From the human T2T-CHM13v2.0 reference genome, Homo sapiens, in assembly GCF_009914755.1 (NCBI RefSeq), contig NC_060942.1: a stretch of 64,000 nucleotides of DNA; one strand, written 5' to 3'. The notes under the pieces were generated by a model. The model saw only the letters and a program-made list of their open reading frames with translations, had not been told where the DNA came from and ran no database searches. Of the stretch, positions 13,031 to 27,539 are shown one piece after another (position 1 is the stretch's first letter; the number at the start of each line of letters is the position of its first letter). The position numbers and the translations under genes were made by a program.

Positions 13031-14578
13031 CTGTAAGGCAAATGACTTTCTATTACAGTTAGTCAAAATAGCAGTTTGGAAAAAGAAATAAATGTGAAAT
13101 CTTTATAAAACTGTTTGCTATATAAACAAGTATTTTCATTTTTTCATCCCCCAGAAAACCTTCTATCCCCTTAACTTTTACTGACAACTGTTTTTGAAGG
13201 AGTAGTTGACACTGGAAGGCCTCCACCTTTTTACTACCCAGTCACTAACTCACTGCCTCCTGGCTCCTGTCTGCATTACAGTATATGATGATGTTGCTGT
13301 CCCTGAGGTCACTGAGACTAGCGTCACCACAGACAACTCCTCTGGATACTCCCAGTTCACGCTTGCTGTAGTGGTGTGATTATTAGCACCCCTTCATTCT
13401 CAAAAGTGTCCCAGGTCAGACAATAAATTACATGGTTACCCTACCAATGAACTACTTGACAAACAGACTGGCTTTTTCTCAGTCCTCATTCTCTACAATC
13501 TCATATCATTCAACATTATTCACTGGTGTTCTGAAAAATATTTCTTTCCCTATTTCCCTGAGTATTCCTTCTATTATAAGGAGGCAATTAAATACCAGGA
13601 ACAAAGACTTCATCCAAGTACCCAGAGAGAATGGCTTCTAAGATTAGTTGTTCCCAATATAGTTATATTTGTGGGACAAAGTTCTTCAGTAAATTGATAC
13701 ACACAGTATCAATTTGGTCATTGCAACAAAGACAATGTACGAGAAAAATAACCTCAAACAGAACTAAGGGGACAGATAATAATGCTTTGGATGAGAGGTC
13801 ATGATCAATAAGAAAACTATTAAGCCATCTTTGAAAAAAATGTATATTCAAGGCATATATACAGGAATATAGTTAAGAGAGTTATCAAAAAATATAAAGG
13901 AGACAAGATTAGAAGCTGAAGACCTAAGTTTTCTCCCTTTCCTACTTACTAGCTACTGACCTTGGGAGAGTCAGTTTAATGTAACATTATTATTAATCTA
14001 TTAGTATATTTTCTAAAGGTCATCAAACGTTTTAAAAAGCTTTTAAAAAGATAAAACGCGATATAAAATATAAGGGATTGGGATTTCTGCTTCTGGTAAA
14101 GCAGACTAGGAAATATGGGCCAACCATATCCCAAATATGTCTTATAGAAGACAACCAGCAGAGTCAAAAACATATCTAATCCAATCCAAGCACACGAAAC
14201 CTGGGTGAAGGTAAATGAAGCTAACAAGATAGCAAGAAATTACCAGATTAGAACCTTGACGGAAAAATAGGCCAAAGAAATACACTTTAAGCAATCCATG
14301 GGTCAGAGAAGACATTAACATGGAAATCAGAAAATATTTTCACGAAATGATAATATAAATATTACATATTAAAAAACCATGACTATGGGAACTGTTCTTC
14401 CACCTTCAATAACTAGAAAACCAGGACACATGGAGATCTGCAATAAATGGGACAATTCTACCTTAAACATTAAAAATAAGCATTAGCATTAACTAAAGGG
14501 TTAAAATACTTGCAGTAGAGTATGAGTTCTTCCTTTCCTAAAGATTATAATTATAAAAGGAAAAGGAAACAAAGTTAC

Positions 14579-14732
14579 CATATTTCGCTGCACTAAGTTA
14601 TCTATGTCCCTCTTTACTATGTGCAGGTGCTCTTTGATGTCAATGAAGTGCTGTGTTGTCTCATAGACGCCTCCAGCAGAGCCAGGGTGCTGCATTCCAC
14701 TGACCAGTCTGACGGTTTCACTCATGGAATTT
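14579..14732 (-). CDS. LMAN1: LMAN1 exon 11
   Basis: CAG acceptor; NSMSETVRLVSGMQHPGSAGGVYETTQHFIDIKEHLHIVKRDIDNLVQRNM; donor GTAACT; 154 nt. Confidence 0.97.
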
Positions 14733-16639
14733 CTGAAACAGAAAGTCTCTTGATACAATAAAATCACTATAAAGTTTTTTTTTTTCAGTCACAGATCTCC
14801 AATACTTTTACTTTTCAAGTCTAATATATTACATCATTTAAAAAAAAAAACAGGTAAAGTATCTTTAAAAATCGAGTTGTGTTCAAAATTGGAAAATAAT
14901 TTATAAAACGACATTATGCCTTTATATTTTACTAAAGGTCATCTAAAAATACCATGTAGAAAATACTACTAGGTAATCTGTGTTAAAACCAATAGTATAA
15001 GTGGATATTGAATATAATGGATGATATTTTTAATGAAGTTATAATAAATCTTTCTAGGTGTTCAGCTGTACAGTAAAGGACTAGTGCCAAACGCAATCAT
15101 TTCCTATAGGCACACTCACACACACACAGACTTGTCCGCTTTGTAGCTGCACATATAGATGATTTCACTCATACAGCATATAGTAGGAGGCTAATGGCTT
15201 TGTGACCCTGAGGACAGGGGTCACAATTCTGATTTCCTACGAGTGCATTCAACAGTTATGGTTCAATTTGGAGGAATAAATAAATAAGTTATTTCACTGG
15301 AGTCAAATGTAGTTTAAAAAGTAAGAGCTTTACCAAAAGAAAAAAAAAAAAGAGACTCAAATTACTTAAAAATAACACTATATGTCAGACAGAATGTTAA
15401 GTATAACATTTAAAAAATTATGTTTGAGTTACATGAGCAGTGAAGACTTAAAAGTAGTTACAAAATATCTCAAGTGCTTTTGAATCAATGTCACGTGTTG
15501 ATTAAAATTTCTTTCAATGGCACATATGCTCAAGAAAATTCCTGTGGGGCTAAGCTTTTCCACTTAAACTCAAATTAAGCATAACATTTTAATATAACTA
15601 AAATAATACCAAGACCAAAACCTCACAGAGTATGTAACGTTGTCACATATTTGTATTTAAGAAATTCTGCTTCCCAGAAGCATGAACTTGCTTAGGTATA
15701 AATGTCTTTTTAATATACCAAAGATTGAGTCACTTAATTTGCTCCTACTCAGTCATTCATTCATTTGCCTGTTCATTCTGCTAACATTTATTTCATAAGT
15801 GCTGTGAGCCAGGGAATATTAGGGATATAAACTTTGCAAGAAGAATGAAATATCTGCCCTGTGGAGATGAATTGTCTAGCAGGAAAGCAACGTGACAGAA
15901 GCACGACTAGAGCTCTACAAAGAAAGATGCATTTAGCTGAGTGTCAAAAAATGAAGAGGAGCCTATGGGGATAGAATTGTGGTTGAAGGAGGTCATAGTT
16001 GGTTTAGGAAACAGGTCAAGTGAAAAGAGGGCTGGACAGAACGCTTGAAAAGAATACCTTTTAAGGGACGATGGAAGGAGAGCAAGTGAAGATAACTAAA
16101 TGGAAGCAGAGGCCAAAGAATACCAGGAGTGAATGGTGTATCAGAAATCTTAAAAGGGAAGTTTTGAGATGGAGAAGTGGGAAGAGGCATCAACTGCTAC
16201 AGAAAAGCTACATGCTTTCTAAGATCTCTTTCTGCTAAAAAAAATTTCTTTGATTCCTTAAGAATATAAAAATCCACAAAGAAACAAACTACCCTTTCCA
16301 TTAAAGGCAAATATTTTCTATCTCTTTACATTTTTTTTTTGAAGCTAAATCCTAAAGAAAAAGTTCCAGAGCACTAGTTCAGAAACTTGAGCTCAGTTTT
16401 TATATTAACTTACTGTATGCATGACATTTATTCTCAGTAAGTGGGAGTTTGCAAGGATTGTTAACTCCTCTAAGAAAGGGATTCTATGGATAATACAACT
16501 GGACAGCTAGGACGTCCTGACAACTAGTTACATCTTTAGATGTCCTAGTACTACTGTTAAGTAAAACATGCAAAGCACAAAAGAGTATCTAGAATATGCT
16601 ACCCGTCACATAAGAAAGAAAGGGACTTCAGAAAATATG

Positions 16640-16955
<316 letters not shown>

Positions 16956-18089
16956 AAAATACGTATATGCAGAAGAAATACAGGAAGAACAAACCGGAAG
17001 CTAACAGAATTGGTTACCAAGAGGGAATGGGTGGGAAACAGCTGGAAAGAAGGGGAGGATGGGAAAGTGGTAGCAAGGATGAAGAAGCGATATACACATG
17101 CTCTGCCCCTTAGAACCATAGTATTCATATACCCAAAATACAAACAATTTAAATCAACCAGGATATAGGAGGAATATAAACATTAACAAAGAATCTAGCT
17201 GGATCCTAAATGAGTAATATCAGCCATAATGAAAAGAGTAGGGAAAAAGAGAACTACACTAAGAAACTATCTGGAAAAGAGTATCTGGGCTGGATACTGT
17301 AAAGCTAGAGATAAAAGGAACTTTACATAAACTTGTCAGTAAATGTCTTTCTCACAGGGATACGAGCTAACAATTTGAAACCACTTTGTGTGTACTTATA
17401 TGCATACTCAAGTGAAACCAATAAGTAAATATGTTATAGATACAGATAATAAGAACCAGGTTTTTCCCTGTTGGAGGAAGAATTTTCAAATAAGACAAGG
17501 GGGAAAGTTAAAAATTAACTCTGTAGTGTTCAGTCCAGCCAGAATCCAAAATATCTGCATAATCTCATGGTTTAACACAAGAGTAGGTTGACAGACACGG
17601 AACTACAGACTCATGTACATGCATGGGTTGGTATACATATGTATATTCCCTAGCTCTGTCCAGTAAGAGGCCTAGAGGTAACGGCACCGCGGTAGTAATG
17701 AGCATACCTAGTGCCCAAAGGTTGGTTTTCAAATACCTTTCTCAAGAAAAAGGAACCAGGGCTCACTGAGGGCAGAGAAAATACAAGATGACCCTAGAAG
17801 ATAGAGCAGTACCATAAATTTTTAAAATGCTCAAAAAAAGATGAGGGCTTGTTGAGAGAACAAAGATGCCAACATGAAGGAGCTCAGAATGACCATACCT
17901 GAAACAATTTGAGCAGCAAAATAAATAAGGAGAGTGTTGGACTGTAACCTATGGAATAAGTATCCATGAGTCTGAACTGATCTAAATAAATAACTAAATA
18001 AATAAATGGGAGAGAAAAGATAGTTGGTCCTGACAGCAGAATTCCAATGAACAAATATGGAGGGAATTATTTCGAAATATAAACATCGG

Positions 18090-18405
18090 GGCCAGGCGTG
18101 GTGGCTCACGCCTGTAATCCCAACACTATGGGAGGCAGAGGCAGGAGGACTGCTTGAGCCCAGGAGTTTGAGATCAGCCTGGGCAACATGGCAAAATCCC
18201 AACTCCAAAAAAAATAGAAAAATTAGCTGGGTGTGGTGGCATGTACCTGTAGTCCCAGCTACTCAGGAGGCTGAGATGGGAGGATCATTTGAGCCCAGGA
18301 GGTTGAGGCTGCAGAGAGCTGTGATTGCACTACTGCACTCCAGCCTGGGCAACAGAGCTAGACCCTGTCTCAAAAAAATAAATAAATAAATACATAAAAA
18401 TAAAA
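18090..18405 (+). mobile_element. Alu (AluJ-like) inserted in old L1M sequence, intron 10
   Basis: Alu consensus with (AAAT)n tail. Confidence 0.92.
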
Positions 18406-20044
18406 ATTAAAAAAAAATCAGCATTTGGCAAAAACCACTTTCTTGTTACAGGCAAGAAACATCAATGGATGCTAAAATGAATGAGCAGAAGGTTGAAATG
18501 GATACTTACATAGTCTCAAAGTACCTTCTCCAAAATACTAACCACAAAGGGAAATACAGTAACTTTAAAGTAGAGATAGCAATAGGAAACCACCATAACC
18601 GAGTGATCACAGCCAACATCATCAGTAATATCTTACCAATCTTATATAATAATATATATAATTATATTATATAACATATTATAATATATAATATCTTCTT
18701 ATCAAAATGTGGAACTTCCATCCAACCAAACCCAAATCAAAAGGTATTAACTGATTAATGCTCTTGGAAAATGTCAAGGTCATGAAAGACAAGGGAAGAT
18801 GAACTACTGCAGACTGCAGAAGGCTAAAGAGAAAAAATAACTAAATGTAATGTGCGATTGTGGATGGGATCCTGGAATAGAATAGGCCTTGGTGGAGAAA
18901 CTGATAAATTTTGAATAGGTCATTAATTTAGTTGATTGAATTGTATCAATGTTAATTTCCTGGTTCTGACAATTAAACCATGGTTATATAAATTAGAGAA
19001 AGATGGGTGAAGAATGTATAGAAACTTCCCATACTATTTCTGTAGCTTCTGAGGTCTAAAATTAGATCGAAATAAAAAGATTTTTAAAAAGGTTGCGTTA
19101 CATGATCCAGTCTATTTCTAAAAGGATTCTATTCATTTAACTAAACTATTTGAAGAGCTAAACTATTCATCTAGCATCATAAATATTTCAATCATGAGTT
19201 CAGATTATGAAGATTTTTTAAAATGCAAAGAGAAAAATTGAAGAAATATAAATTTGCAGTTATAAGTTAAGTGCCTTTAATCTCTAGACATCAGGTATAA
19301 TCACCTTCTGTTTGATCTAACCTTGTTTAATTCTCCAGTCCTAAAGAACTCACCTTGACATTCTTGTTTGTCAAGGGTTCTATCGGTTGGGACAGTGCTC
19401 TGAAATGTTAGGTTATGGAAACATGACACTATGGTTTGTTATCTCTGCTCCAGGCATTGAAAGCTATTAATTATCTGCATAAGTCAATCATTCTCATTAG
19501 AAATTTATTGTTCAACATTCTAAGGACACAATTATCTCCTCTCTGCTCCAACTCTGTCCAGTCTCTCTGAGAGTAAAAGATGGGAATGAAAAAGAGGTAG
19601 TCACACATATTACGTTCAAAATGGTTTCATTCCATCAAAAAGAATTTCCTGCATCAGGTCTGCTTGTATTATAGTCTTACAATGCTACACATATTTATTC
19701 CTCTAGTACTTTTCATAAAAGTGTTATATATTATTTCATATTCTTTTTATATTTTATAAATATAAGAACACACCTGGCTCTGTCAAGTAACTGACAAATC
19801 TCTTTAAAAGATGCCAAAACATTTTTTCTTTTCCAGCTCTAAACAATTAAAAACTTTAGACATGTTTGCAGTTTTTGAATATTAAAAGTTGCTGTATTTA
19901 TGGTCCCCTATTTGTAAAATGAATCTAGAACGGGATTCTTACCCTCATGCAGAAATCTTGCAATACAGTGCTTGCACACCTGAAGTCACAAATTTAGGAT
20001 AAAAAAAATCACATAACACACAAACGCTACTTTTCCATACTTAC

Positions 20045-20115
20045 TTCATTTCATTTACTTGTCTCAGAATCTCATGCTGAGTTTTCACAACAGTATCCAG
20101 TTCTTGTTGAGTAAT
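20045..20115 (-). CDS. LMAN1: LMAN1 exon 10
   Basis: CAG acceptor; ITQQELDTVVKTQHEILRQVNEM(K); donor GTAAGT; 71 nt. Confidence 0.97.
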
Positions 20116-20247
20116 CTGGAGGAAGAAACAATGACGAGCAAGCTGAATAATCCACATTCTATGAGCACATAGTACAGTTGCCCTTCTTCTTTACTTCCCT
20201 TCCAGCAAAGGGTAAATGGGGCACATCTGCATATTCTGCAAGCCCAC

Positions 20248-20441
20248 CTGCCCATGCTGCCCAGGCATTCCTGCTCCTCTTTTAGAGATTTCCTCTGTTA
20301 AGGAAGAGACATATCTTCTCTGTTCATCAAGAATCATATCTAACTGCCGGTTCAGCTGCTTGATTTCAAGATGAATACGATTCTGTCCTTCAAAGACTTG
20401 TCTTAGCTCTCGATCTCCTACACTCTCAAATATTTCCTCCG
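20248..20441 (-). CDS. LMAN1: LMAN1 exon 9
   Basis: CAG acceptor; (A)EEIFESVGDRELRQVFEGQNRIHLEIKQLNRQLDMILDEQRRYVSSLTEEISKRGAGMPGQHGQ; donor GTGGGC; 194 nt. Confidence 0.97.
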
Positions 20442-20704
20442 CTGAAAAGGAAATAAATAAAAATGATCAGAGTCACCTACACATATGTAGTTTTTGAAAT
20501 AACGTAAGTGACCAAAGTGCCAACATTCAGCAAAATTAGGACATCACCATCACAGTGGTACAATCTCCCAAACAGAAAATATGCAAATAATTAATTCAAT
20601 AATGATTAAATTATTTGTTTTCTGCCATTTCAGGTGATTGAACACTTATTATAAACTGGGTTTAAATTTTTTTATTTAAAAACAATTTTTCTTGGATAAT
20701 CTCA

Positions 20705-23700
20705 GGAGGGATCAAAATGGCTAACCAGATGCAAGTAGTATGTACCTCCTCCACGGAGAAAAACCAGAGTAGTAAGTAGATACTTGCATTTCAAATAGAT
20801 TGCCTAGGAGAGAATGCTAGGATTCATCAGAGAAGAAATGGGAAGCACCAAAATAAGGAGAGAGTTTGAGGCAGCTTGCCCAGCCAGGAGCTGACTGAGC
20901 ACCAGAAGGGCTCCTAGATGATGGGAAACAGTAAGAGAGAAAACCCCAGGGCCCTGCAGTCCAAAATGGGCTTTTATGATCCTGGCTACAGGAGAAACCT
21001 CTGACCCACTAGGGCTGTGGGCTGGACATATGGAACTGCCTAAATATTGCACAGAGATGTTGCTCCATAAAGGGAAACCACATGGAATCCCACAGGCATT
21101 TGAGCCTACAACAGCTCCAGTTGGGCACCACTGTTGATAGCCTAGATACTGGGGATCTACAGACATGGCTGCAGTCGCTGCAATGTTCCAAGGAGAGAAG
21201 GGGGGACACTGGTCACTCCCATGCACCCCTAGGAAGGTCCCTCCTGCCTTGCTGAAGGGTGCTGCTGATACTGAGACATGAGTAGACAGCACTCCCCACA
21301 GCTTCTTGCCCATGCTGCTTGCCTGGAAGGGACCCTACCCTCTCTGGTCCCAGACCCAAGGTGAAACACTGAGAGTTTAATGGAGGGTTGTGCCCCACCC
21401 TCAGGCTATGTTTGGGCTGACAAGGCTGTAGCTACCACCTGGCCAAGGAGAGACAGGAAACAGGCTCTCCTATGCATATCTAGGACAATACCCACTGCCC
21501 TGCAATGGGCTCTTGTGAAACTGAGATGTGAGCAGACTGCACTCCTTACAGCTTCTTGCTCATGACACCTGACTAGGAAGGGCCCTGCTCTCCCTGGTCC
21601 CAGGCACAAGGCACAATTTTGAGAGTTTCATGCTGGGCTGTGCCCTATCCTTAGTCCGAGTTCAAGTTCATATGGCTGCAGTTGTTGTCTGGCTAAGGAG
21701 AATAACTAAGAAAATAATTGATGAGAGCTTCCCAAGTCTAGCAAAAGAGTTAGATGTCCAGATACAGGAGGCCCAGCAATCCCCAGAAAAATATATTGCA
21801 AAAAGGGTTTCACTACAGCATATTATATTCAGAATGTCTAAAGTCAATGTGAAATAATTTTAAAATTAGCAAGAGAGAAGTATTTAGTCACTTATAATGG
21901 AAATTCCATCAGATTAACAGCAGACTTTTCAGCAGAAGCTTTACAGGCCAGAAAGGAATGGGCATTCTCAAAGTGCTAATAAAAGAAAAAAAAAAACTGT
22001 CAGCCAAGAATTTTATATCCTGCTAGAATCAGCTTCACAAATGAAGAAGAAATAAAGCCTTTCCCAGACAAGCAAATGCTGGGGAAATCCGTCATTACCA
22101 GACCAGCATGACAGGAAATGCTCAAAGCGGTCTTAAACATGGAAACAAAAGGGCAATATTCACCATGATAAAAACAGAAATATAAAATAAAAGTTCTTAT
22201 AAAACAATCACAGAGGGGAGGAAGATGTAAGAATCAAATGGCAACATGACAGAATTTCATCAAATGACAAAGACAAAGATGGAAAAAAGAAAGGAACAAA
22301 GAATTTATAAGACAACTTGAAAATAATGAACAATATGACAAGAACAAAGCCTCATATATCAATATTAACCTTGAATGCAGATGGATTAAATGTTCCACTA
22401 AAAGATACAGACTGGCAGAATGGATTAAAATACATGGCACAACTATATACTGCCTACAAGAAACTTAGGTTATTCATAAAGACACACATAGACTGAAAGT
22501 AAAGAGGTGGAAAATAATAGTCCAAGCAAATGGAAACCAAAAGTGAGAGGAGTAGCTGTACTTATATGAGATAAAACAGACTTAAAAAAGAAAAGACAAA
22601 GAAGGTTATTATATAATGATAAAGGGATCAATTCACCAAGAGGATATAACAATCCTAATTTATATGCACCCAACATTAGAGCATCAAAATTCAGAAAACA
22701 ATTATTACGAGACCTAAAGAAAGAGAAAAACAGTAATACAATAATAGTGGGAGAATTTAACACCACACACACAACACTAGATAGATCGAGACAGAAAAAT
22801 AACAAAGAAACATTGGGCTTAAATTGGACTTTAGACCAAATGGACTTAGACATTTACAGAACTTTCTACAATAACTATGGAATATACATTCTTTTCACCA
22901 GCACATAGAAGACTCTCCGACACAGGACTACATATTAGGCCACAAAATAAGTCTTAGCAAATTTTTGAAAATCAGAATCATATCAAGTGTCTTAGACCAC
23001 AATGGAATGAATCTAGAAATCAATACTAAGAGGAACTTAAGAAACTAAACAAACACATGGAAATTAAACAGCATGCTCCTGAACATTCACTCTGTCAATG
23101 AAGAAATTAAGACACAAATGTAAAAATTTCTTGAAATGAATGAAAATGGAAACACCAAACCAAAACTGAAAAAAGCAGTGTGAAGAGGGCAGTTTACAGC
23201 ATTAAATGCCACATCAGAAAGTGGAAAGATCGCAAACAATCTAACATTATTCCTCTGCAAACTAGAAAAACAAGAACAAACCAAACCCAAAGTTAGCAAA
23301 GAAAAGAAATAACAAACATAAGAGCAAAGCTAAATGAAATAGAGACCAAAAAAATTAATAAAGGATCAACAAAACAAAAAGTTGCTTCCTTGAAAAGATA
23401 AACAAAATTGATAAACCACTAGCTAGACTAGGCAAGAAAAGAAGAGAGACGATCCAAATAAACACAATCAGAAAAGAAGGAGACATTACAACAGATTCCA
23501 CAAATACACAAAAGATCGTCAGAAACTATTTGAACACCTATATGCTCACAAACTAGAAAACCTAGAGGAAATGGATAAGTTCCTGGAAACACACAACTTT
23601 CTGAGACTGAAACAGGAAGAAACAGAACTCCTGAACAGATCAATAATGAGTAGCAAGACTGAATCAGTAGTAAAAAAAAAAATCTCTTAACAACAGCCGG

Positions 23701-26305
23701 GACTAGATGGATTTATAGCTGAATTCTATCAAACATATCAAGAAGAACCAATTCTCCTGAAATTATTCCAAAACACTGAGGAGAGAATTCCCCCTAACTC
23801 ATCCTATGAGGGCGGTATCACCCTGATACCAAAACCAGACAAGGACACAAAAAAATAGAAAACTACAGACCCATATCCCTGATGAACAAAGATGCAAAAA
23901 TCCTCTACAGAATACCAGCAAAATGAATCCTACAGCACATCAAAAAGATAATACAGCACGATCAAGGTGGGATTTATCCCAGGGATGCAAGGAGGGTTCA
24001 ACATATAAAAATCCATATATATGATACACCACATAAACAGAATTAAGAACAAAACACATGATCATTTCAACAGACTCAGAAAGGACATTCAATAAAATTC
24101 ATCATCCCTTCATGATAAAAATCCTCAATGAACACACCTCAACATTAGGCCACATATGACAAACCCACAGCCAACCTCACACTTAACAGGGAAAAGTTGA
24201 AAACATTCCCTTTAAGAACTGGAACAAGACAAGGATGCCACTTTTATCACTCTTACGTGTAATAACATAATACTAGAAGTCTTCACCAGAGCAATCAGGC
24301 AAGAGAAAAAAATAAAAGGCATCCAAACTGGAAATGAGTAAGTAACATTATCCCTGTTTGCTAATGATATGATCTTGTATCTCAAAAATCCTAATGACTC
24401 CACCAAAAAACTCTTAGATTTGATAAATGAATTCAGTAATGTTTCAAGATAAAAAATTAATGTACAGAAATCAGTAGCATTTTCATATACTGATAATGAT
24501 CTAGCAGACCAAATCTAGAAGGCAATTCCATTTACAACAGCTAAAAAAAAAAAAAAACACCTAGAAATATATTTAACCAAGAAGGGGAAAGCTCTCCATA
24601 AGGAGAACTTCAAAACAACGATGAGAGAAATGGTAGATGACACAAACAAATGGAAAAGTATCCCATGCTCATGAATTGGAAGAATCAATATTGTTAAAAT
24701 GACCATACCGCCCAAAACTATCTACTAGTTCTAGACACTCCCAATCAAATTACCAATGTCATTTTTCACAGAATTAGAAAAAAAAAATCCTAAAACTCAT
24801 ATGGAAAAAAAAGGGAGCCCAAATAGCCAAAGCAATGCTAAGCAAAAGGAATAAATCTGGAGGCATCACATTACCTGACTTCAAATTATACTACAAGGCT
24901 AAAGTAACCAAACCAGCATAATACTGGTATAAAAACAGACACATAAGTCAGTGGAACAGAACAGAGGACCAAGAAATAAACCCACATACCTACAATCAAC
25001 TGATCCTCAACAAAGTCAACAAAAATAAACACTGGGGAAAGGACATCCTATTCAATAAACGGTGCAGAAAAAATTGAATAGCTATATATAGAAGAATGCA
25101 AGTGGACCCATACTTCTCACCATATGCAAAAATTAACTCAAGATGGATTAAAGACCTAAACATAACACATGAAACCATACAAATCCTAAAAGAAAACTGA
25201 GGAAAGACTCTTCTGCATATTGGCCTAGGTAAAGAACTTAGACCAAGTCCTCAAAGGCAAACACAAGAAAAACAAAAATAGACAAATGGGACTTAAACTA
25301 AAAAGCTTCTACACAGCAAAAGAAACAATCAACACAATAATCTAACCTACAGAATGGGAAAAAATATTTGCAAACTATGCATCCAACGAAGGGCTAATAT
25401 CCAGAATCTACAAGGAACTCAAACAACTCAAGAGAAAAACAAAAAGCCCATTAAAAAACTGGGCAAAGAGCATGAACAGACATTTTTCAAAAGAAGACAC
25501 GCAAGTGGCCAACAAATAAATGAAGAAATGCTCAACATCACTAATCATCAAAAAAATCCAAATTAAAACCACAATGAGATACTATCTTACACAAGTCACA
25601 ATGGCCATTATTAAAAAGTCAAAAGACAACAGATGTTGTCAAGATGTGGAGAAGAGGGAATGCTTATATGCTGTTGGTGGGAATGTAAATTAGTACAACC
25701 TTCATGGAAAACAGTATGGAGAATTCTCAAAGAACTAAAATTAGAATTACCGTTTGATCCAGCAATCCCACTACTGGGTGTTTACCCAAAGGGAAAGAAA
25801 TCATTATATCAAAAAGATACTTGCACTTATACGTTTATTGCAGCCCTATTTACAATAGCAAAGATATGGAATCAACCTAAATGCCCATCAACAGAGAACT
25901 TGATAAAGAAAATGTGGCGTGTGTGTGTGTATATATGTATGTATATACTATAGACTACTACTCAGCCATAAAATAAGAATGAAATTATGTCTTTTGCAGC
26001 AACATGGATGGAACTGGAAGTGATTATCCCAAGTGAAATGACTTAGAAAGTCAAATACCATACATTCTCACTTATAAGTAAAAGCTAAACAATGGGTACA
26101 CATGGACAAATGGAGTGGAATAACGGACACTGGAGACTACAAAAGGTGGGAGGGGAATGAAGGTTGAAAATTACCCACTGAGTACCATGTTCATTAGGGT
26201 GAGAGTACACTAAAACCCCAGACTTCACCACTATATGACACAAGCATATAAGAAATCTGCACTTGTACTCTTCCTAAATACATAAAAAGTTAAATAAAAT
26301 TAAAA
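20705..26305 (+). mobile_element. Near full-length inactive LINE-1 (L1PB-like), antisense to LMAN1 in intron 8
   Basis: 5'UTR, partial ORF1, frameshifted ORF2 (e.g. [34 protein letters not shown]), 3'UTR and A-rich tail. Confidence 0.9.
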
Positions 26306-27406
26306 TGGAAAAATATTTCTCTTTCATTACACTGTGTGATTCTACTTATAAGAATAGGCAGAACTAATCTACAGTGATAACAATAAGAATAGTGATGGGC
26401 TCTGTGGAGAAGGTTGTTGACTTTAAGGAGGCATGAGGGAACTTTCTGGGATGATAAAAATGTTCCGTGTACTGATCGGGGTGATGGTTAAATGGGTATA
26501 CACATTTGTCAAAATTTACTAAACAATACTTTTCAAACACTAAAGTCAGCTTCAGGATATACTCACAAATTTTATGTGATGATGTTTAAAACAAATTCAA
26601 AATAAGAATGACCTTTATGTTTCATTTTTAAATTCATTAAGTCTGACTCATACTGTTGATCATTAAGAGAACTGCATACTACATAGAGTTCAAATGCTAG
26701 CCACAGCCTTTATTAAGTACACCTTTGATCACTTATGCTGACTGGGAACAATTCAGATAAAAAGCTAGCAGATAATATAAATTCCCTCAATTTGGCCTTA
26801 AAATGTTTTATTTTTGACATTAGCACACTCAAGTTCTTAATAACATTGGGTTAGACTAGTATTTTATAATTTTCAAGTATACAGTCCAGGATTCTATCGA
26901 GTAGTATGGGGAGGAGAAGCAGATATGTCACATTACTTTCACAACAGTTTTGATAGATTTTAAGGATTATCTCCACACTATAAGGTAATTATGTGTCACT
27001 AAAACCAAAAATATACACTTTTGATGATTTCAGTCAAAAAATATTTACTGAACCTGAACTACTAGGTTAGCATTGTTTTGGATTTATTTTTAGGCTTAGT
27101 GGTCACAGCAATGAATATTAACAAAATCCCTGTCCTCATGGAGCTTTCACTCTAGCGGTCCCATTCCTCCAAATAACCATGGTACTCTTTATTTCATACA
27201 TGACTAAGCCACATTCTCACTGGTAAAAATGCCAATCTCTTGACTCTTAAAGACTAAAGATTTGCTCCTAAATTGTTTCCAGAAATCACTTGGAATGTGC
27301 CTGTTCAGAGAGCAGGGATGAGCTAGGCAACACAGAGACTCAAGCGTCCATGATCAACAGCCTCAAGCCCTGCTGCGGCACCCATGTCAGCTTTGCTACA
27401 ACTCAC

Positions 27407-27539
27407 CAGGCTGCCCTTGGAGGTCGGGGTGGCCCTTCTGGAATTCCTCTTTTTTTTTATCCAATTCTTGTTGAAAGTGCTCAAATTCCTCCTGATACTT
27501 TTCTTTTTCCTTTTCCGAAATTTCTTTATCTGGTGTGGG
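27407..27539 (-). CDS. LMAN1: LMAN1 exon 8 (start of the coiled-coil stalk)
   Basis: AAG acceptor; PTPDKEISEKEKEKYQEEFEHFQQELDKKKEEFQKGHPDLQGQP; donor GTGAGT; 133 nt, frame consistent with exons 7 and 9. Confidence 0.95.

Noticed and set aside
17831-18389. ORFs above 100 aa over Alus (also near 16.8, 28.0, 32.0, 56.0 and 62.8 kb)
   Set aside because: Typical Alu-derived translations
18640-18695. AT-only quasi-palindrome
   Set aside because: Short low-complexity TA tract; too short and imperfect to call a cruciform element
20804-25953. ORFs in intron 8, including a 169-aa minus-strand ORF
   Set aside because: Sense and antisense fragments of the decayed L1
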